A stretch of DNA of 59,743 bases, the filler included, from Sphacelaria rigidula (Eukaryota), in the NCBI GenBank assembly GCA_964200075.2. It is 10 parts of 10 records of this genome, joined end to end, with 100 filler letters (N's around TTAATTAATTAA, not from the genome) between each part and the next. Parts side by side here need not be neighbours in the genome. Positions count along the whole stretch, not along the records: positions 29,925 to 35,808 come from CAXNAA020023743.1; positions 35,909 to 41,792 come from CAXNAA020023744.1; positions 41,893 to 47,776 come from CAXNAA020023745.1; 7 more parts are not named here. The stretch is one strand, 5' to 3'. Every line of letters begins with the position of its first letter. The stretch's first letter is position 1. Positions 33,501-46,378 of this stretch are shown here, one piece after another. Made by a program: the position numbers and the translations under genes. A model generated the notes under the pieces. It worked only from the letters and a program-made list of their open reading frames with translations. It was not told where the DNA came from and made no database searches.

Positions 33501-35213
33501 GCGTGGCCGAAACGTTTTGTGGATTCCGACTTATGACAATCAGTTGCAGGCACGTCTAATGATTTGCGCGCACATGCGCGACGCCGGGCATCGTGATGTG
33601 GCTGCAACGCTCGTGCGCTTGCAAGAGTTTTGTGTCTGGCAGGGGATATAACTCATGTGCGCGAATTTGTCAGCCAGTGTCTTCACTGTGCTGACTCGAG
33701 GGCGGGCGATGTTGTTCCCCGCCCGCTCGGTGAAACGGTCCATGGGACCATGCCGAATGAAGTCGTTCATTTTGACTTCTTGTACGTGGGCGAGAGTGGC
33801 CCGCTAGCTTCCCAAGGTTTGTCGGAGGATGCTGGATTTCGATATATTCAGGTAATCATGGGTGCGCAACTTCGTGTCTCTAGAACCAGGAGCAGTGTGT
33901 ACTGCTGGATCGACTGCGGCATCTTTGCTAAATTGGTGCAAAACTTTGGGGGTGCCGCATGTGTGGGTGAGTGATACCGCTACGCATTTCAAGAATGCGA
34001 TCTTGGCCCGATTGCGAGAGGCTTTGCTCCTTGATCACCATTTTGCGGTGGCGTATCCTCCGTGGTCTAACGGCACGTGCGAACGCATGGTCAAGGAAGT
34101 AGTTCGTGCTCTTCGCTCTATTCTCCTCGAGCAGCGTAGAGCGGTTTCCGAGTGGGTGCGGACGTGTTGCCTGCGGTGCAATGGGCGCTCAATACAGCGT
34201 ATCGTCGTCGGTACGATAGTACGCCGCACCACGTGATGTTTGGTCATGCTCCTCGGACGTCTTTCTCGGTATTGGCGTCTTCGTCGGCGGGGCAATGGAA
34301 TTGTGATGTGTTGGATGATGGTCAAATTAAGCGTGCATTGCAAAGAGCCTTGGACTTGCAAGAACGTTTTCATTTTCAAGTACAAAAGCATCTTTCCGCT
34401 GAGCGTGCACGTAGACATGAGGGGTCCTCGTCGGGGTTGAAACTACCGACTTTTGAGGTATGCTAATATGTCTTGTATGCACGCGTGCGTCGTCCGGGGC
34501 TTACGCCCAAGTTGATTACGTTGTGGATTGGTCCGTAGAGAGTGGTTGGTGCTACCATCCGCACGTGTTTGAGATTCAGAACATTGTTTCGGGTCGTGCT
34601 TAGACCGCCTATGTCGCTTGTTTGCGTTTTCCTGCAGACTCGCAGCTCAATGTTACGGCTGACATTAAGGACGTGTTCCAGCACGCTTTCAATCGGGGGT
34701 AATTTCAGATGGCTGGTATTGTCCGAGTGGCAGAAGCAGACGATAGTTTGTTGATCGTGTTGGCCGACTGGGTTGGGTTCGAAGCTGTGGAGCGTACGTG
34801 GGAGCGTTTCAAGGACATTTTTGAGGCCGCTCCGGAGTTTCTCACGAAGGGGTTGCGTGAATTGCGCGTGACTCGTGCCGTTGCTGCTCGCATTGCGCGT
34901 GCGTTTGGTATCCAGTTGTGACTTGCTCATCGTTTTGGCGTTTTCCATGTGTCAAGCTTGTCGATCGATTCTCGTCCAACGTGCTTTGGGGGTGCTGTGA
35001 CGAAATTGCGCCGTTGCGTTAAGTTGGGAGTGATATTCTGGGTAATGACCGGGGACACGGGGATGATACCCTGTGGGTCTAGGAGGCTGTGCCTGCAAGG
35101 GCACTCCGGGTAATGAAATGTTGTAAAGTCTGACACCTGAAACTGAGGCCAGTGAGACTGGGGAGTCCCTCAACAGCAGTGATCCACCAGTTCTTCTTCT
35201 GGCTGGCGTCACA
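30524..35213 (+). mobile_element. Ty3/Gypsy LTR retrotransposon with chromodomain, degenerate, RT core deleted
   Basis: LTRs 30524-30743 and 34996-35213; gag CHRCGQVGHHTRDC; protease DSGA (~31956); RNase H EPLAFLSG...HIFTDHRN; integrase AH...GH...CLHC, HFDFLY, VSDTATHF, NGTCERM; chromodomain VLADWVGFEAVERTWE; G-rich PPT before the 3' LTR. Confidence 0.95.
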
Positions 35214-35731
35214 ATACTCGAGTATTACTGAAAGTGCTTACTCAGTATTTGAGTAGAGTATTGGAGGTCGTACTCGATCTACTCAATATTTGAGTAAAGT
35301 ATCTGATGCCGTACTCAACCTATACTCAAAATTTGAGCGGAGTATTGAGGTCATACCCAAGTGATACTCTATACTCAAGTATTGCTGAAAGTGCTTACTC
35401 AATATTTGATAAGAGTAGTGGATGCGGTGCTCGATCTGCTGAAAAACAATCGAGTAAAGGATTGGAGACCGTCCTCAACCGACTCAAAATTCGACTAGAG
35501 TGTTTCAGGCCGTACTCGACCTACTCAATATTTGAGTAGGGTATTGAGGTTATACCCAAGTGATACTCTATACTCGAGTGTTACTGAGAGTGCTTACTGA
35601 ATGTTTGAGTAGAGTATTGGAGGTCGTACTCGGTCTACTCAAAATTCGAGTAGAGTATTGGAGGCCGTATTCAACCTACTCAAAGTTCGAGTAAAAGCTG
35701 TACTCGACCTACTCAATATTCGAGTAAAGTG
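35214..35731. repeat. Satellite-like array of short TACTCGA/GAGTA subunits
   Basis: Many degenerate copies of gaggtcgtactcgatctactcaatatttgagtagagtatt; block 35340-35415 recurs at 35540-35615. Confidence 0.85.
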
Positions 35732-35926
35732 AATACTGAGCAATGCTACGGTAGGGGTGCACTTTTTTCGCGAAATTTTATCTGGTTCAGGGGCTCCTAA
35801 CGATTCTANNNNNNNNNNNNNNNNNNNNNNNNNNNNNNNNNNNNNNNNNNNNTTAATTAATTAANNNNNNNNNNNNNNNNNNNNNNNNNNNNNNNNNNNN
35901 NNNNNNNNCGCGATGAAGCAGTGATT

Positions 35927-38165
35927 TGGGGGGGGGGGGGGGGGGGGGGGGGGGGTGTCCGGGGGGGGGGGGGGGGGGGGGGGGGGGCGGGGCGTACTCA
36001 TTCGTTGCTTGCTTTAGTCATTCGACCATTGAGCACGCTTCCCTTTCGAGACGGGGTACTGTTTTTACTTCTAATAGAGCCACCTTCAACATTCAGGTGC
36101 TAGTTACGTTTCTTCCACACATGTCACATAAAAAACTTTTACATATGTTATCCCCGTCCTGTTTCGCCGATTGTGATCACCATCTCTCTCCTAGTATAGC
36201 CATCGTTTTCTCCCTACTGTCTAATGCATCAAACGATTTAATGCCACCTTCGTTCACGTCCCGCGTTTCCCCCTCTAGCACGTCTTGTTCCTCCTCGTAT
36301 ACTTCACACCGTGGAACTGTATGACTTCCGCTCTCTAATGCTCTGCCACCGGGGCAATTTTGTGCAACTACTTCCTCCTCCTCGCGACTACTGGTAAATA
36401 TCTTTCTTGTGGCAGGTCCAGGTCCCCTACCCGAAATCGCAGTATCAATTGTTTTCGCCGCGTCCAGTGGGCCATGCAAATATGCTTTCATCCCTATCCC
36501 CTCTCTCAACCCCACGTATATCTTCAGGTGTTCTTCCTTGTCTACCTCGCGTCTGAGCGCTCCTTTTCCCCTTATTTCTATAATGTTTCTTACTTTTGTC
36601 TTGTACCCCCCGCCTTGACCTATAGACAGTATTCCGTCTTGATTTCCTCCTATCTCCTTCCATACTTTCTCCACTTCTCTATCCCACCTTATTCCAGCCT
36701 GCTCTTTCATAATTTTCTTCCACACAGCCTCATCTACATTTAGGTGGCAATCTCTTTTTCTGCATGCTCTTCAAGTTATATTGCCATCGCAATTTTCTCA
36801 TGCCTATGTTAGTTTTGAGTGAGTACGTTCCCGACTCTTCTCTCAAAGCTGTATTACTCATCATATTCGAGCATCCAAGTGTTTTTTAGCTGCTGCTATT
36901 TGTACTGTTTCCAATTCCTTCACCAATTTCACGTCCCCCTCCCATACTCCCCCTGCATATTCTAGCTTTGATACAATCACGTTCATCAGGATACATATCT
37001 TAATCCTCATGTCTAGGTCCGCGTCTCTAGGGATCACGTCCATCCTGCTCCTGCCTATCTGTGCCTTACCCTTTCTATTCCTTTATGTAGGTGTGGATCC
37101 CATTGTTTTTCTAGATCTCTCCGCCGAGGTATGTATACGGGTCTACGATCAGGAATTCCTATTTTCTCCACTTCTATTTGAACTCTACCGGATTTGTCTC
37201 ATCTTCGTCACAGACGAGTACCGCGCATTTGTTAACGTTCGCTGTTACTCTCCATATTTAGTGTATTCTAGCGCCTCCTTTATTTGCTTCCGTCATCCTT
37301 GTGGTGTATCTGCAGTCCCCGCGGAATCATCCGCGAACATCAACCCTGGTGCTTTTTCTTCGCCGACCTTGATTCCATAATTTGCTGCTTCTATGGCTAC
37401 CATCAGGTCACCAAGAATACCGTGAATAGAGTGGGTTATAACGTACATCATTGTGCAAATCCTTGTAAAATATCGAGATATTTCGATATTTCCCCGTCTA
37501 GCATCATAGCACTTTTGGCACATTCTGTCCTCATCTTCACCATCCTCCACATCTTTCCTCTGATCCTAGTTTCCCACAACTTTTGCACAACCCATTTCTC
37601 CGTACGGTGCCATGGGCCTTTTGTACGTCCAAAAAGAAACAGTACGTTGTCAACCCGGTGCCTTTCCCGCCCTGAATAATCTTACCTAGTGTGTACACAT
37701 GGTCTACGCAACTACGCTTTGGTCTGAATCGTGCGTGTCTCTCGCTGATTTCCTCTTTCTTTCATAGCATCGTTCCTACTTTATCACTCAAAATCTTACA
37801 GAGTGTTATCCCTACCGTGCTCAGTAGTGTTATCCTTCTATAAGTTCCTGGGTCAGCCTTGTCTCTTTTTTCGAAAATTGACGACTATTCCTCCTCTCCA
37901 CCTCTTGGGTGTGTACTCGTTTTCACAGATCCTGTTATACAGCATAACCATCATGGTAACTATTCCTCTCCCCCGCACTCTGGAAATCCATTCACTATTT
38001 CGTCTGCTCCTGCTGACTTTCTGTTCTTGAGATTAGCTACGTACTCCTTTGCTTCATCTCTGGTAAATTCTCTCTACAATTCTGTCGAGTCACTATCCTC
38101 CCGTTTTGACGTCTTTGCATTTCCCTCTGCCCACGCGTTGATTTCTTCACCGTTCTGGGAGGAAA
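35927..38165 (-). mobile_element. 5'-truncated degenerate LINE (RT, C-terminal Cys/His remnant, poly(C) tail)
   Basis: GLMFADD, VIVSKLEYAGGVW, QNCPGGRALESGSHTVPRC; the 3' end reads aatgagtacgccccgcccc followed by ~60 nt of mostly C. Confidence 0.9.
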
Positions 38166-38496
38166 AGGAAAAAAAAGGTTGGGATAACTAAAATCTACCA
38201 CGGCAGCCGGGGATGGAGACGTACGAACGCGGCTTAGCTGGACGCTTGGCTTGTTGCAGGGGGCACACACCGTTGTACAGAGTCGTCGTTTGACGCACTC
38301 AGGTTCACGAGAAGATGACGTGCACAGTCGGGAGAATACACCGAGCTTTGCATGTAGTCGAAATATCCTTTGTGTATCCACAGACGGCAGTAGAGGAGCG
38401 GATGACTGAGATAACAAAGTCGCGTCCAACCTCCTCACACACCGTAGAACAACAGTCTCATACTTCCACCTTTCATGTCGGTCAAGTGGTGATCAA

Positions 38497-38753
38497 TGCC
38501 ACGGTAGGGGTGCACTTTATGCGCAAAATCTTGTCTGGTTCAGGGGCTCCTCACGATTTTAGATGCACAAGAGTATGGGTCAGGGCACGCCCGTTTGCAA
38601 ATTCATTGCGGGATATCCCTGGCACATTGGAATAGTAATCCTGGCGTACTCTCACACGTTTCATGAGTCGTATTTTGGATGAGATGAAGGGCTCCTAATA
38701 ATCATCACCTCAGAAAGTATTTGTGCACCCCCACGGTAGCAACACTCTGGTGT
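38497..38753 (+). mobile_element. ~255-bp non-autonomous element with subterminal inverted repeats; copies at 35737-35808 (+) and 41712-41792 (-)
   Basis: tgccacggtaggggtgcac / gtgcacccccacggtagca; identity among copies extends outside the inverted repeats. Confidence 0.75.
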
Positions 38754-39331
38754 TCTACTGCTCCCACGCCCATCCACTTATCTGCACCAACGAGGCTAAT
38801 ACAGGTCAATCAACGTGTTCAAGCTGCCAGTTGCTACGAAGGCATACGTGTTTCGCCGATCAGTCGTACTTAGGTCTTACCGAACGATACGACCATCACT
38901 CCGCGCTACCGAATGGTGAGATTTCGGAAATTCGTGGAAATATGACATTTCATTTGACGGATGACGAATTATTCAGATGGTGGTGGTTCTATCCGAGTAG
39001 CGAGTCCGCGGCCAGTGGCTCCCCAGACTCACCAGCTCGGTCGCTGTCAGAAACAGGCAAGCACTATCAGTGCCAGCAAGTAACAAGAAGCACCAGGTAC
39101 AATAGCAACTCCAGTGGTCTGTGGTCGGTTGAATACTGCATTCACTCGACTCTTCGAGCGCCGGACCTTGTTTTCGGTGTCATCATCCCGGCTGACAACC
39201 CCCCGCTCCACGGAGGAAGGGCACAGCCGACAGCATGTTGTCGTGATCTTATGCATCTCCCCAATTTTTTTTCCGACATGCGGGAGGGTCCCGATTTGAA
39301 CAGGAACGCGACATACCAAGAGTATATATAC

Positions 39332-39391
<60 letters not shown>

Positions 39392-40539
39392 GATAATGAT
39401 TATTTCCGCACGTATATGTCCAGACAATCGGAGAATTGATCTGGTTTTTTCCCAGCTAGCCGCGAAACATTGCCCCACGGACTGGGATCTGAAAAATCAA
39501 TCCACGTGAGAAAACCGCCTGTAGACGTGCTGAAATCCTTGTGTTTTTACAAATCGATATTGGTTCTCATAAAAGTCGGTCTTACTAATTAATTAACATC
39601 AGTGAACCATTTCCCTCAGATGATTTGTGGTCTTCATTCAAGAGTTCGGAAACCGGTACGCGCTGGAAAAAATAACCAGGTAGTTTCACAAGACACCCAG
39701 GATCACGTATTTTCTGCTGTACTCCGAGGAAGAACTAAAAGCTGCAAAACCTGAGGATCTGAGACTGTACTGCTATGGGCCCAGACGACCGGTACGCCTG
39801 CAAGCACGTAATACATGCACAACACTTCCCTCGCACACGAGCTGTACTTACCCATCGGGGGCTGAAAACTTAACCATTCAATCGCGTTTTTTCATCTGTT
39901 CGGAGCAGTTGCGCCTACCTTCCCCCTCACAGAAGGTTTGTGCTGTTGTTGCTGTTATACTTAATTAGCCATGACTGACAGTATTATAGGAGGTCGATAT
40001 ACTGGGTCATCGCAGTTCAGCATCGAGCCATCAGGACTGGCAGTAAAAAATTCAACACCACGTCCCCTCCCCCGCAGGTGCAGGCAACAATGCAGTATCT
40101 ATAAATGTCGAATAGACTGTCAGAAGCGACACACACGACAGTACGTCCCCTCACTTACAGTCGCAGTTAGTAACACTGCATTCAGTCGTCGCGTATGATA
40201 GTCGTGGAGATCGGCAGGTGACAGCGTGACAAAATCATGCGACTAGAACCTTTGTCGCGATAATCCTGGTTGCACAAACGTGGGTCTGACCGAAAAACAG
40301 CCCGAGAGTATACAGTATTCGACAGAGCGCGAAAAACAAAGCCGACGTACAACAGAGGAAAATCAAGAGGCGGACATGAAACCAATCGCTCAATAGCATG
40401 CTCCACCGTACAGTAGCTGGACAACACGAAGCACATTATGCTAGTAACGGCCAACTCATATCCCCACACCGCACTCGCTGGTCAAACCCCAAGCACAGAC
40501 TTCTTCCAGCGGGACCGAAAATAAAAAGGAGAGGAAACA

Positions 40540-40830
40540 AAACGAGGATAAACTCCAGCAGGCCCGCAGCGCTGTCGACACATCGAGGACAAACTCGCGT
40601 ACTACACAGGCCTACAGAGGGACCAACATAATGAAGGACAAATCAAGTATAAATCAAGGACACACTCTCACACTGCACGGACGTCCAGAGGGACGGAAGA
40701 AATCGAGGACGAACTCTCGTACTGCACAGATCCCTTGGGGGGTCGGAAACAATATTGAGGTCACACTGCCGTATCACACAGGTTTACAGCGTGGTCAAAA
40801 CCTCATCGGCAGGCCACTGTACAGTTCAAA
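40540..40830. repeat. Degenerate ~50-bp minisatellite
   Basis: Recurrent atcgaggac.aactc.cgtact.cacag units. Confidence 0.6.
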
Positions 40831-41953
40831 CTTGGTTGCGCAGTGGGGTAGGAATTGAACACACTTATGTCAATGCAGCACAGACGGGAAATATATCCGT
40901 ATATTCAAAATCGGCAACATAGAAATCACAGCGTATCGAAGGGAGGGACTAGTCGATCACTGCATCATCTCCTAGTGGAACTCCCATCACACACATCGAC
41001 ACACAGAACTCCGTGACACACCTAGCAACTCGCCAGGAAATCCAATCACGAGCTGACCGTATCACCCCCGGGCATGAAGCGAACGAGACAAACTCTAATG
41101 TCCATGACTACGACCCGCATCGATCCATGCTACTACCCAAAGCGAAACTTGGGAACATTACGACACGTCTCGGCGGCACTCTGGTGTCACCACCGACAAA
41201 TCTTGAGCATCGTTCTCGTCATCACGAATACATGCACCAACAAACACGACTCAAGAACTACGTAACCTCTTGAGATACGATTATGATAAACACCAAGCTT
41301 ATGTGCCTACAAAGGCAACCTGGGACTTGTCGCGAAAGGTCTCGGAAGCACTCTGGTACCACCACTGATAAATCTCAGGCAAGTCCGCGACCACTTGGGA
41401 ATGTAAAAAAAATCCAGAGACGGGGGGCAATATGGATGATCAAATTTGGCGTACCCGTAGACCATACTACCTTGACGTTGAATTTAGACAAGGTATCAGC
41501 ACGTGGTTGCCACAAAAGTGTACGTAACCGCGCCCCACACGGTAACTAGCGAGGACGGGAGAAGAAGCTGGTGCCTGGTGTCTCACCGGCCGGCAACATG
41601 AGAAATTGACGGTCTGAGAGTCGCAGAAGTATGAGTAACACGGGATTGTGCAAATAGGGAACGGATTTTTCAATGAGGATGAGTAACCCCGAGAGTGAAA
41701 ATCTTGGCATCCACACCAGAGTGATGCTACGGTAGGGGTACAGAAATAATTTCTGAGGTTAGAATTGTTAGGAGCCCCTTCTCTCATCCAAANNNNNNNN
41801 NNNNNNNNNNNNNNNNNNNNNNNNNNNNNNNNNNNNTTAATTAATTAANNNNNNNNNNNNNNNNNNNNNNNNNNNNNNNNNNNNNNNNNNNNCTGGCATT
41901 GTAGGGATGCGAGGTCAATGGTCTTATGACTATGGCATGCATGATCATGAGTA

Positions 41954-43191
41954 CACCCCACAGGACGCTTTACAGGGTTCAGGGAAACTGTGCAGGGATT
42001 CTCACGGGGATTTGACTGTAGGATATTATTTTGTGCCACACAGGGCGCAATACAGGGTTTCGTCACTCCGTGTAGAATTCATCGCTGAAAATATGCTGTG
42101 CAGCCTTTATAGCACGCATAAACTATACTCCATACAACATGGGCATGGTACTGGCAGAAAAAAACGGTCGAGAAGTGGCAGGGGTGCGTATTGAACTCAC
42201 GATTCTGTGCTCGGAAGGGCATCGGGTTGTACATTGAGCTACCTGATTCGTTGTATGCGACGCAAGTATCTTGTCCTTCACATAGCTATCAAGCAAAAAC
42301 TTCTCTAAACAAAAGCATACTCGGTTGAGTGATTTTGGTAGACTATGGACCACGGGTTTTTCAAAAGCAATGTGCAGTCATATGCGAGGTATATTCCGTC
42401 GTCAAAGCATCCACATCTTGAGCGAAAGCATCGTATCTAAAGTCGTAGACGTGTGGACATACACTCGATCGTAATCAGTGTGTCGGATCTCCATTCAGCA
42501 GAAGCTGTTGAGAATTTTTCATCCTTTAGCCCATGTGCATGGATCGGGGGGCAGAAGGATGAATTACTTCCAACAGTTTTTTTCTGCTTGTCGGATCCCA
42601 TATGCTGATAACGGTGCAGTATGCGGGATATGCCCAGCTGACGCTGTTCGAAATGAATATCTTTTTGCCCAATCTCCGGATGAATTGAAGTGCAAAGTGA
42701 AGATTTATTTCGCGCTTCTTCTGCTGTTCAAATTCCAAATCTGCCAGTGTGCATGGGATTTGCGCAGCAGACGAAGATGTTCGAAATATATCATTCTTTT
42801 TGCTGAAATAAATTGGGCGAGAAAATGATCTGTTTTGAATAGCTTGTCCTGCTGTCCAAAATAAATTCCTTTTTGCCCGATTCAAATCGGGTGAAGAGGA
42901 ATTCACCTCGGACAGGAGGACAAACTATTGAACATATATAAATTTAAAGATTTTGTACGAAAAGTATTTGGAATTTTCAAAAACAAAAAGGCAGTTTTTT
43001 TTACCAAAACACTACCACATGACTGTGCAGGGCTTCGCCGACGTGCCTACACAGGGCTGCAAATTCAACGCTGGGAAAAACTCTATCAAAACGCTACGAG
43101 GGGTACAGGTTTGGATTTTCACTGTCAAGGTTTTTTCACAAAGACTGTGGAGGACCCTGTACGGACCCTGCACAGTGCATCCCACAGGGTG
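41954..43191. mobile_element. Probable non-autonomous TIR element with CACCC...GGGTG ends and subterminal ctgtgcaggg repeats
   Basis: Left end caccccacaggacgc.ttacagggttc versus reverse complement of the right end caccctgtgggatgcactgtgcagggtcc, differing mainly by transitions; no TSD or transposase motif seen. Confidence 0.5.
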
Positions 43192-43204
43192 CTATCTGTC
43201 CACG

Positions 43205-44995
43205 GGTGCGGTCAACCCGAACTTTCCGCAGATCGTCACCATCATAGTCACCATCTTCTCGAGGCTCGATGATGTCCGCGAGACGATGCAGGCGTCATCG
43301 GCGTACAGTATACTCCATAAGGACCGTACCTCTTCTGCCGCGATTGCTGTGTCCACGTCTGGCTCGACCCATGCTACCGCACAATCCTGTTGGAAATCTC
43401 CCTTTTCGCGTTTTCGGACTCGCACCAGGTCCCCCAAGATGTCAGGGTCATCGCGGAAGGTTACCAGGGCCACCGTGAATACTGCCGTGAAGAAAATATT
43501 GAACAGTAGTGGTGCTAGGACGCATCCCTGTTGGAGGCCCTGTCCGATGTCGAACCATTCGGAGTATTCCCCGCCGTTCGTGCGCACCCGAGCTTGCATA
43601 CCATCGTGTGATTGGTGGATTATCGAGGGAATGATGGTTGGGACGCCATGGCGTTCCAGAACGTTCCACAGCAATGGACGGTTGGCAGAATCGTATGCTT
43701 TTGTGAGGTCGGCGAAACATATGTAGAGTAGGATCTGCTGTCTCCGGCCAAGTTCCTGGAGTCGCCGGACGGGCGATTATCTTGAGGAGCACTTTGCCGG
43801 CGTGTGATACGAGTGAAATTCCACTGTAGTTTCCACATTCCGTCCGATCGCCCTTTTTGTGGAGGACTATGATGGTGGCATCCTTCCATTCTTGTGGTAC
43901 GGCTGCTCCGCCCCAGATGTCAACGATGATAGCGTGGAATCTTGGTAGTCTGCTAGTGTCGTCGCCATCGAGGTGTATATTCAGCAGTTCAGCCGGCAGT
44001 TCATCTGGGCCAACCACTTTTCCTTTGGACATATATCGTATGGCATCCGCTGTCTCGTCTATCGTAGGCACGTCGTCTAGCGACGTACTCGGAAGTCGCG
44101 CCTTGAGTTGGTCGATGATTGCTGGGTTGAGGTGGGACGACTTAGTGCTCAGGAGGGTGTGAAACCACTGCACCCACCGCGGGCGGATAATCTTCACGTC
44201 TCCGAGCAGTCGACCCTTGTTGTCGCGGATGTATTGCTGCTGTGAGCAACATGGTTTCCTCCCTTCCATATCGATTCCCTTCAGGTGTCTGTAGAAACCG
44301 CATTGGTCACCTTCTGCGATGTGCGCTTCAGCTGACGTAGGTCTCGAAAAATCTCTTCATCGCATGTGCTCTAACACGACGGAGTTCCTTCTTGGTTTTC
44401 TTCAAGACTTTCTTGAGGTTGGTGTCGGTGGGCGTTGACATCGATGCCCTCCGTGCTGTTTCCCTCGCCATCCATGCATTGTGGATATTTGCCTTGGTCT
44501 CGGCACTCGCGCACCAGCCGTGGGAGCCTCGTTGGTTTCTCTCGTGGGGCGCGGTGTCTGCTGCGGCGGATATCAGCATCTTGGTGAGCCCTGCAGCCAT
44601 GTCAGCAGCGGTAGCATCTATAGGCAAGGGGTCGAGAGGGAAGGCCGTTTTCAACGCCATTGCTCTTAACGCTGCGTCAGCCATCGGCCTTCCAAGGTCG
44701 GCCGTTTTGCGTCGTGGTACATGTTTGCGCATCTTGCGATTGGGCGCGAAGCGACCACGAAGCCGGACCTTTGCAGATACAAGGTTATGATCAGACTCGC
44801 ATTTTCCGGGTGGTGGGCGGCGGACGGAAATGTTGCGTACGAGTTTTCGGTCCGTCTGTCTTGTGAGGATGGAGTCAAGGCAATAGCGTCCCTTCTCAGC
44901 GTTGTAGCTTTCGAAAGTGTACGAGATGCCCCGCTTGGGTGTTCTGAAGAACGTATCAAGCAAGGTAAGGCGTTGTTCCACAAAATGGTACATCC
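43205..44995 (-). mobile_element. RTE-clade LINE fragment (APE endonuclease C-terminus plus RT), degenerate
   Basis: SYTF...LDSIL...ESDHNLV (APE); GKVVGPDELPAE, WKDATIIVLHKKGDRTECGNYSGISL, FADLTKAYDS, GLQQGCVLAPLLF, ILYADD; internal deletion near 43770. Confidence 0.95.
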
Positions 44996-45024
44996 CCTGA
45001 GAGCTGATACGCTTGTTAAAAACA

Positions 45025-45107
45025 GAGGTATCTCAAACTCGAGGCTGCTGGCATATTTAAATGTAATTTATAGTAAAAATAACAGAACTTTGAGCTTGCG
45101 ATACCTC
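45025..45107. mobile_element. 83-bp MITE
   Basis: TIRs gaggtatctcaaactc / gagcttgcgatacctc; 8-bp TSD TAAAAACA (45017-45024) / TAAAAACG (45108-45115). Confidence 0.7.
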
Positions 45108-45732
45108 TAAAAACGCCCCTACTTGTTTGCTGGATCTGGGCACGGCATAATTTTCAAGTAAAAGTCATGCTAATTCACCAGCTAACGTAACCCCACGGCA
45201 AAAGGGTCAGGTGACCAATGAATCGGATCACGTCCACTCGAAAAGCATTTCGAATATCCCGGAAGGGACGACACAACGACTCTCGTCTAGTTTTCTTTTT
45301 CTCGGAATGATTCGAAATGGCTCTCGCATAACATCCTGCACGCCAACAGAATATTGAAATATTTCTTGAATGACACTCAATGCGAGACTCGTTCGACGGG
45401 ATGGCTTTCGGGACGCGGTAAACTACAGTAGTACTTCAGTATTACATTTCAGTGCAACATGTATTCGACATCGATGCGGCCACCCAATGTATGCTGAGTG
45501 GGCGATATATCGTCACACACGGTACCCCGATGTACATACTGATACACTGATCGGGTGATATGATGGCGCCCATTAACGACCCCAACATATATAAGAGTGT
45601 TTTCGTGAGAATGAGAGTTGAAGATATGATTGAAAGTGACCTTTTCTGCCGAACGGCGGTAGCATCCCCCTTTCAAATTGCTACACGACACGCTGGCTTC
45701 TAGCATAAGAAGAGGCTCCTTGATCCTTAGAG

Positions 45733-46062
45733 CAGTAGACCTGATGAAATGTTTGCACACAATGGTTGACAGGGATGACTACTCGATTTTAGACTTGATA
45801 AAGTTCTGAAAAAAAGTATGGTTTGGGGCAGGTGAGCAGTGGACCCAGCTCGTCCAGAAGGTGTTTTTGTCGAAATCGGCGCCTGCCGCGACGATTCGAA
45901 GTCTGCCAACGCACACTTTGCCTAAGGGAAACTATGCACCCTCCTCGCCCGAGGGTCTCGTGCTCCTTGGGTCGGGGTTAGGGTTAGGGTTAGTGATACT
46001 TAGTAACATTCCATGATGTTCCCCATCAATCATTATTTACGAACATTTCTTCAGGTCCCCTC
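45733..46062 (+). mobile_element. ~330-bp MITE with an internal telomere-like (GGGTTA)3; copies at 46426-46763 (+) and ~47425-47715 (-)
   Basis: TIRs gacctgatgaaatgtttgcacacaatggttga / tcaatcattatttacgaacatttcttcaggtc; gggttagggttagggttag at ~45975-45993. Confidence 0.8.
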
Positions 46063-46156
46063 CGTCAGACCGCGAGGGTAGGTCACCTGCTGAATCGGTA
46101 TCAATTTTCACTTGAAAAAAGTATGCGTGATCCAGTTGGACCACCCGAATCGTACC

Positions 46157-46378
46157 GGTCGCCCCGGCGGCTCAGTTGGTAACCTCGAAACCTTCTGACG
46201 GTTGGGTCGTGGGTTCAAATCTCGGAGCGATCTGGGATTTTTTCTCACACCATGCCCAACAGAGGAGAGCGACTACTGGCATGTCGTGGGTACACGAGAT
46301 TGGACTTAATGGTCGACGAGGGAAAGGGACTGCTGAACCCCTCTCGCGGTAAAAAATCAAAGGCAAGCACCGCAGAAG
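46157..46378 (+). mobile_element. tRNA-derived SINE, 3'-truncated
   Basis: A-box ggcggctcagttgg, B-box ggttcaaatc; colinear with 20138-20355. Confidence 0.85.

Noticed and set aside
39774..39784. TATGGGCCCAG, resembling a half-tRNA-iMet Copia PBS
   Set aside because: No adjacent LTR end or gag ORF
45975..45993. Chromosome-end telomere
   Set aside because: Only three units, internal to a MITE
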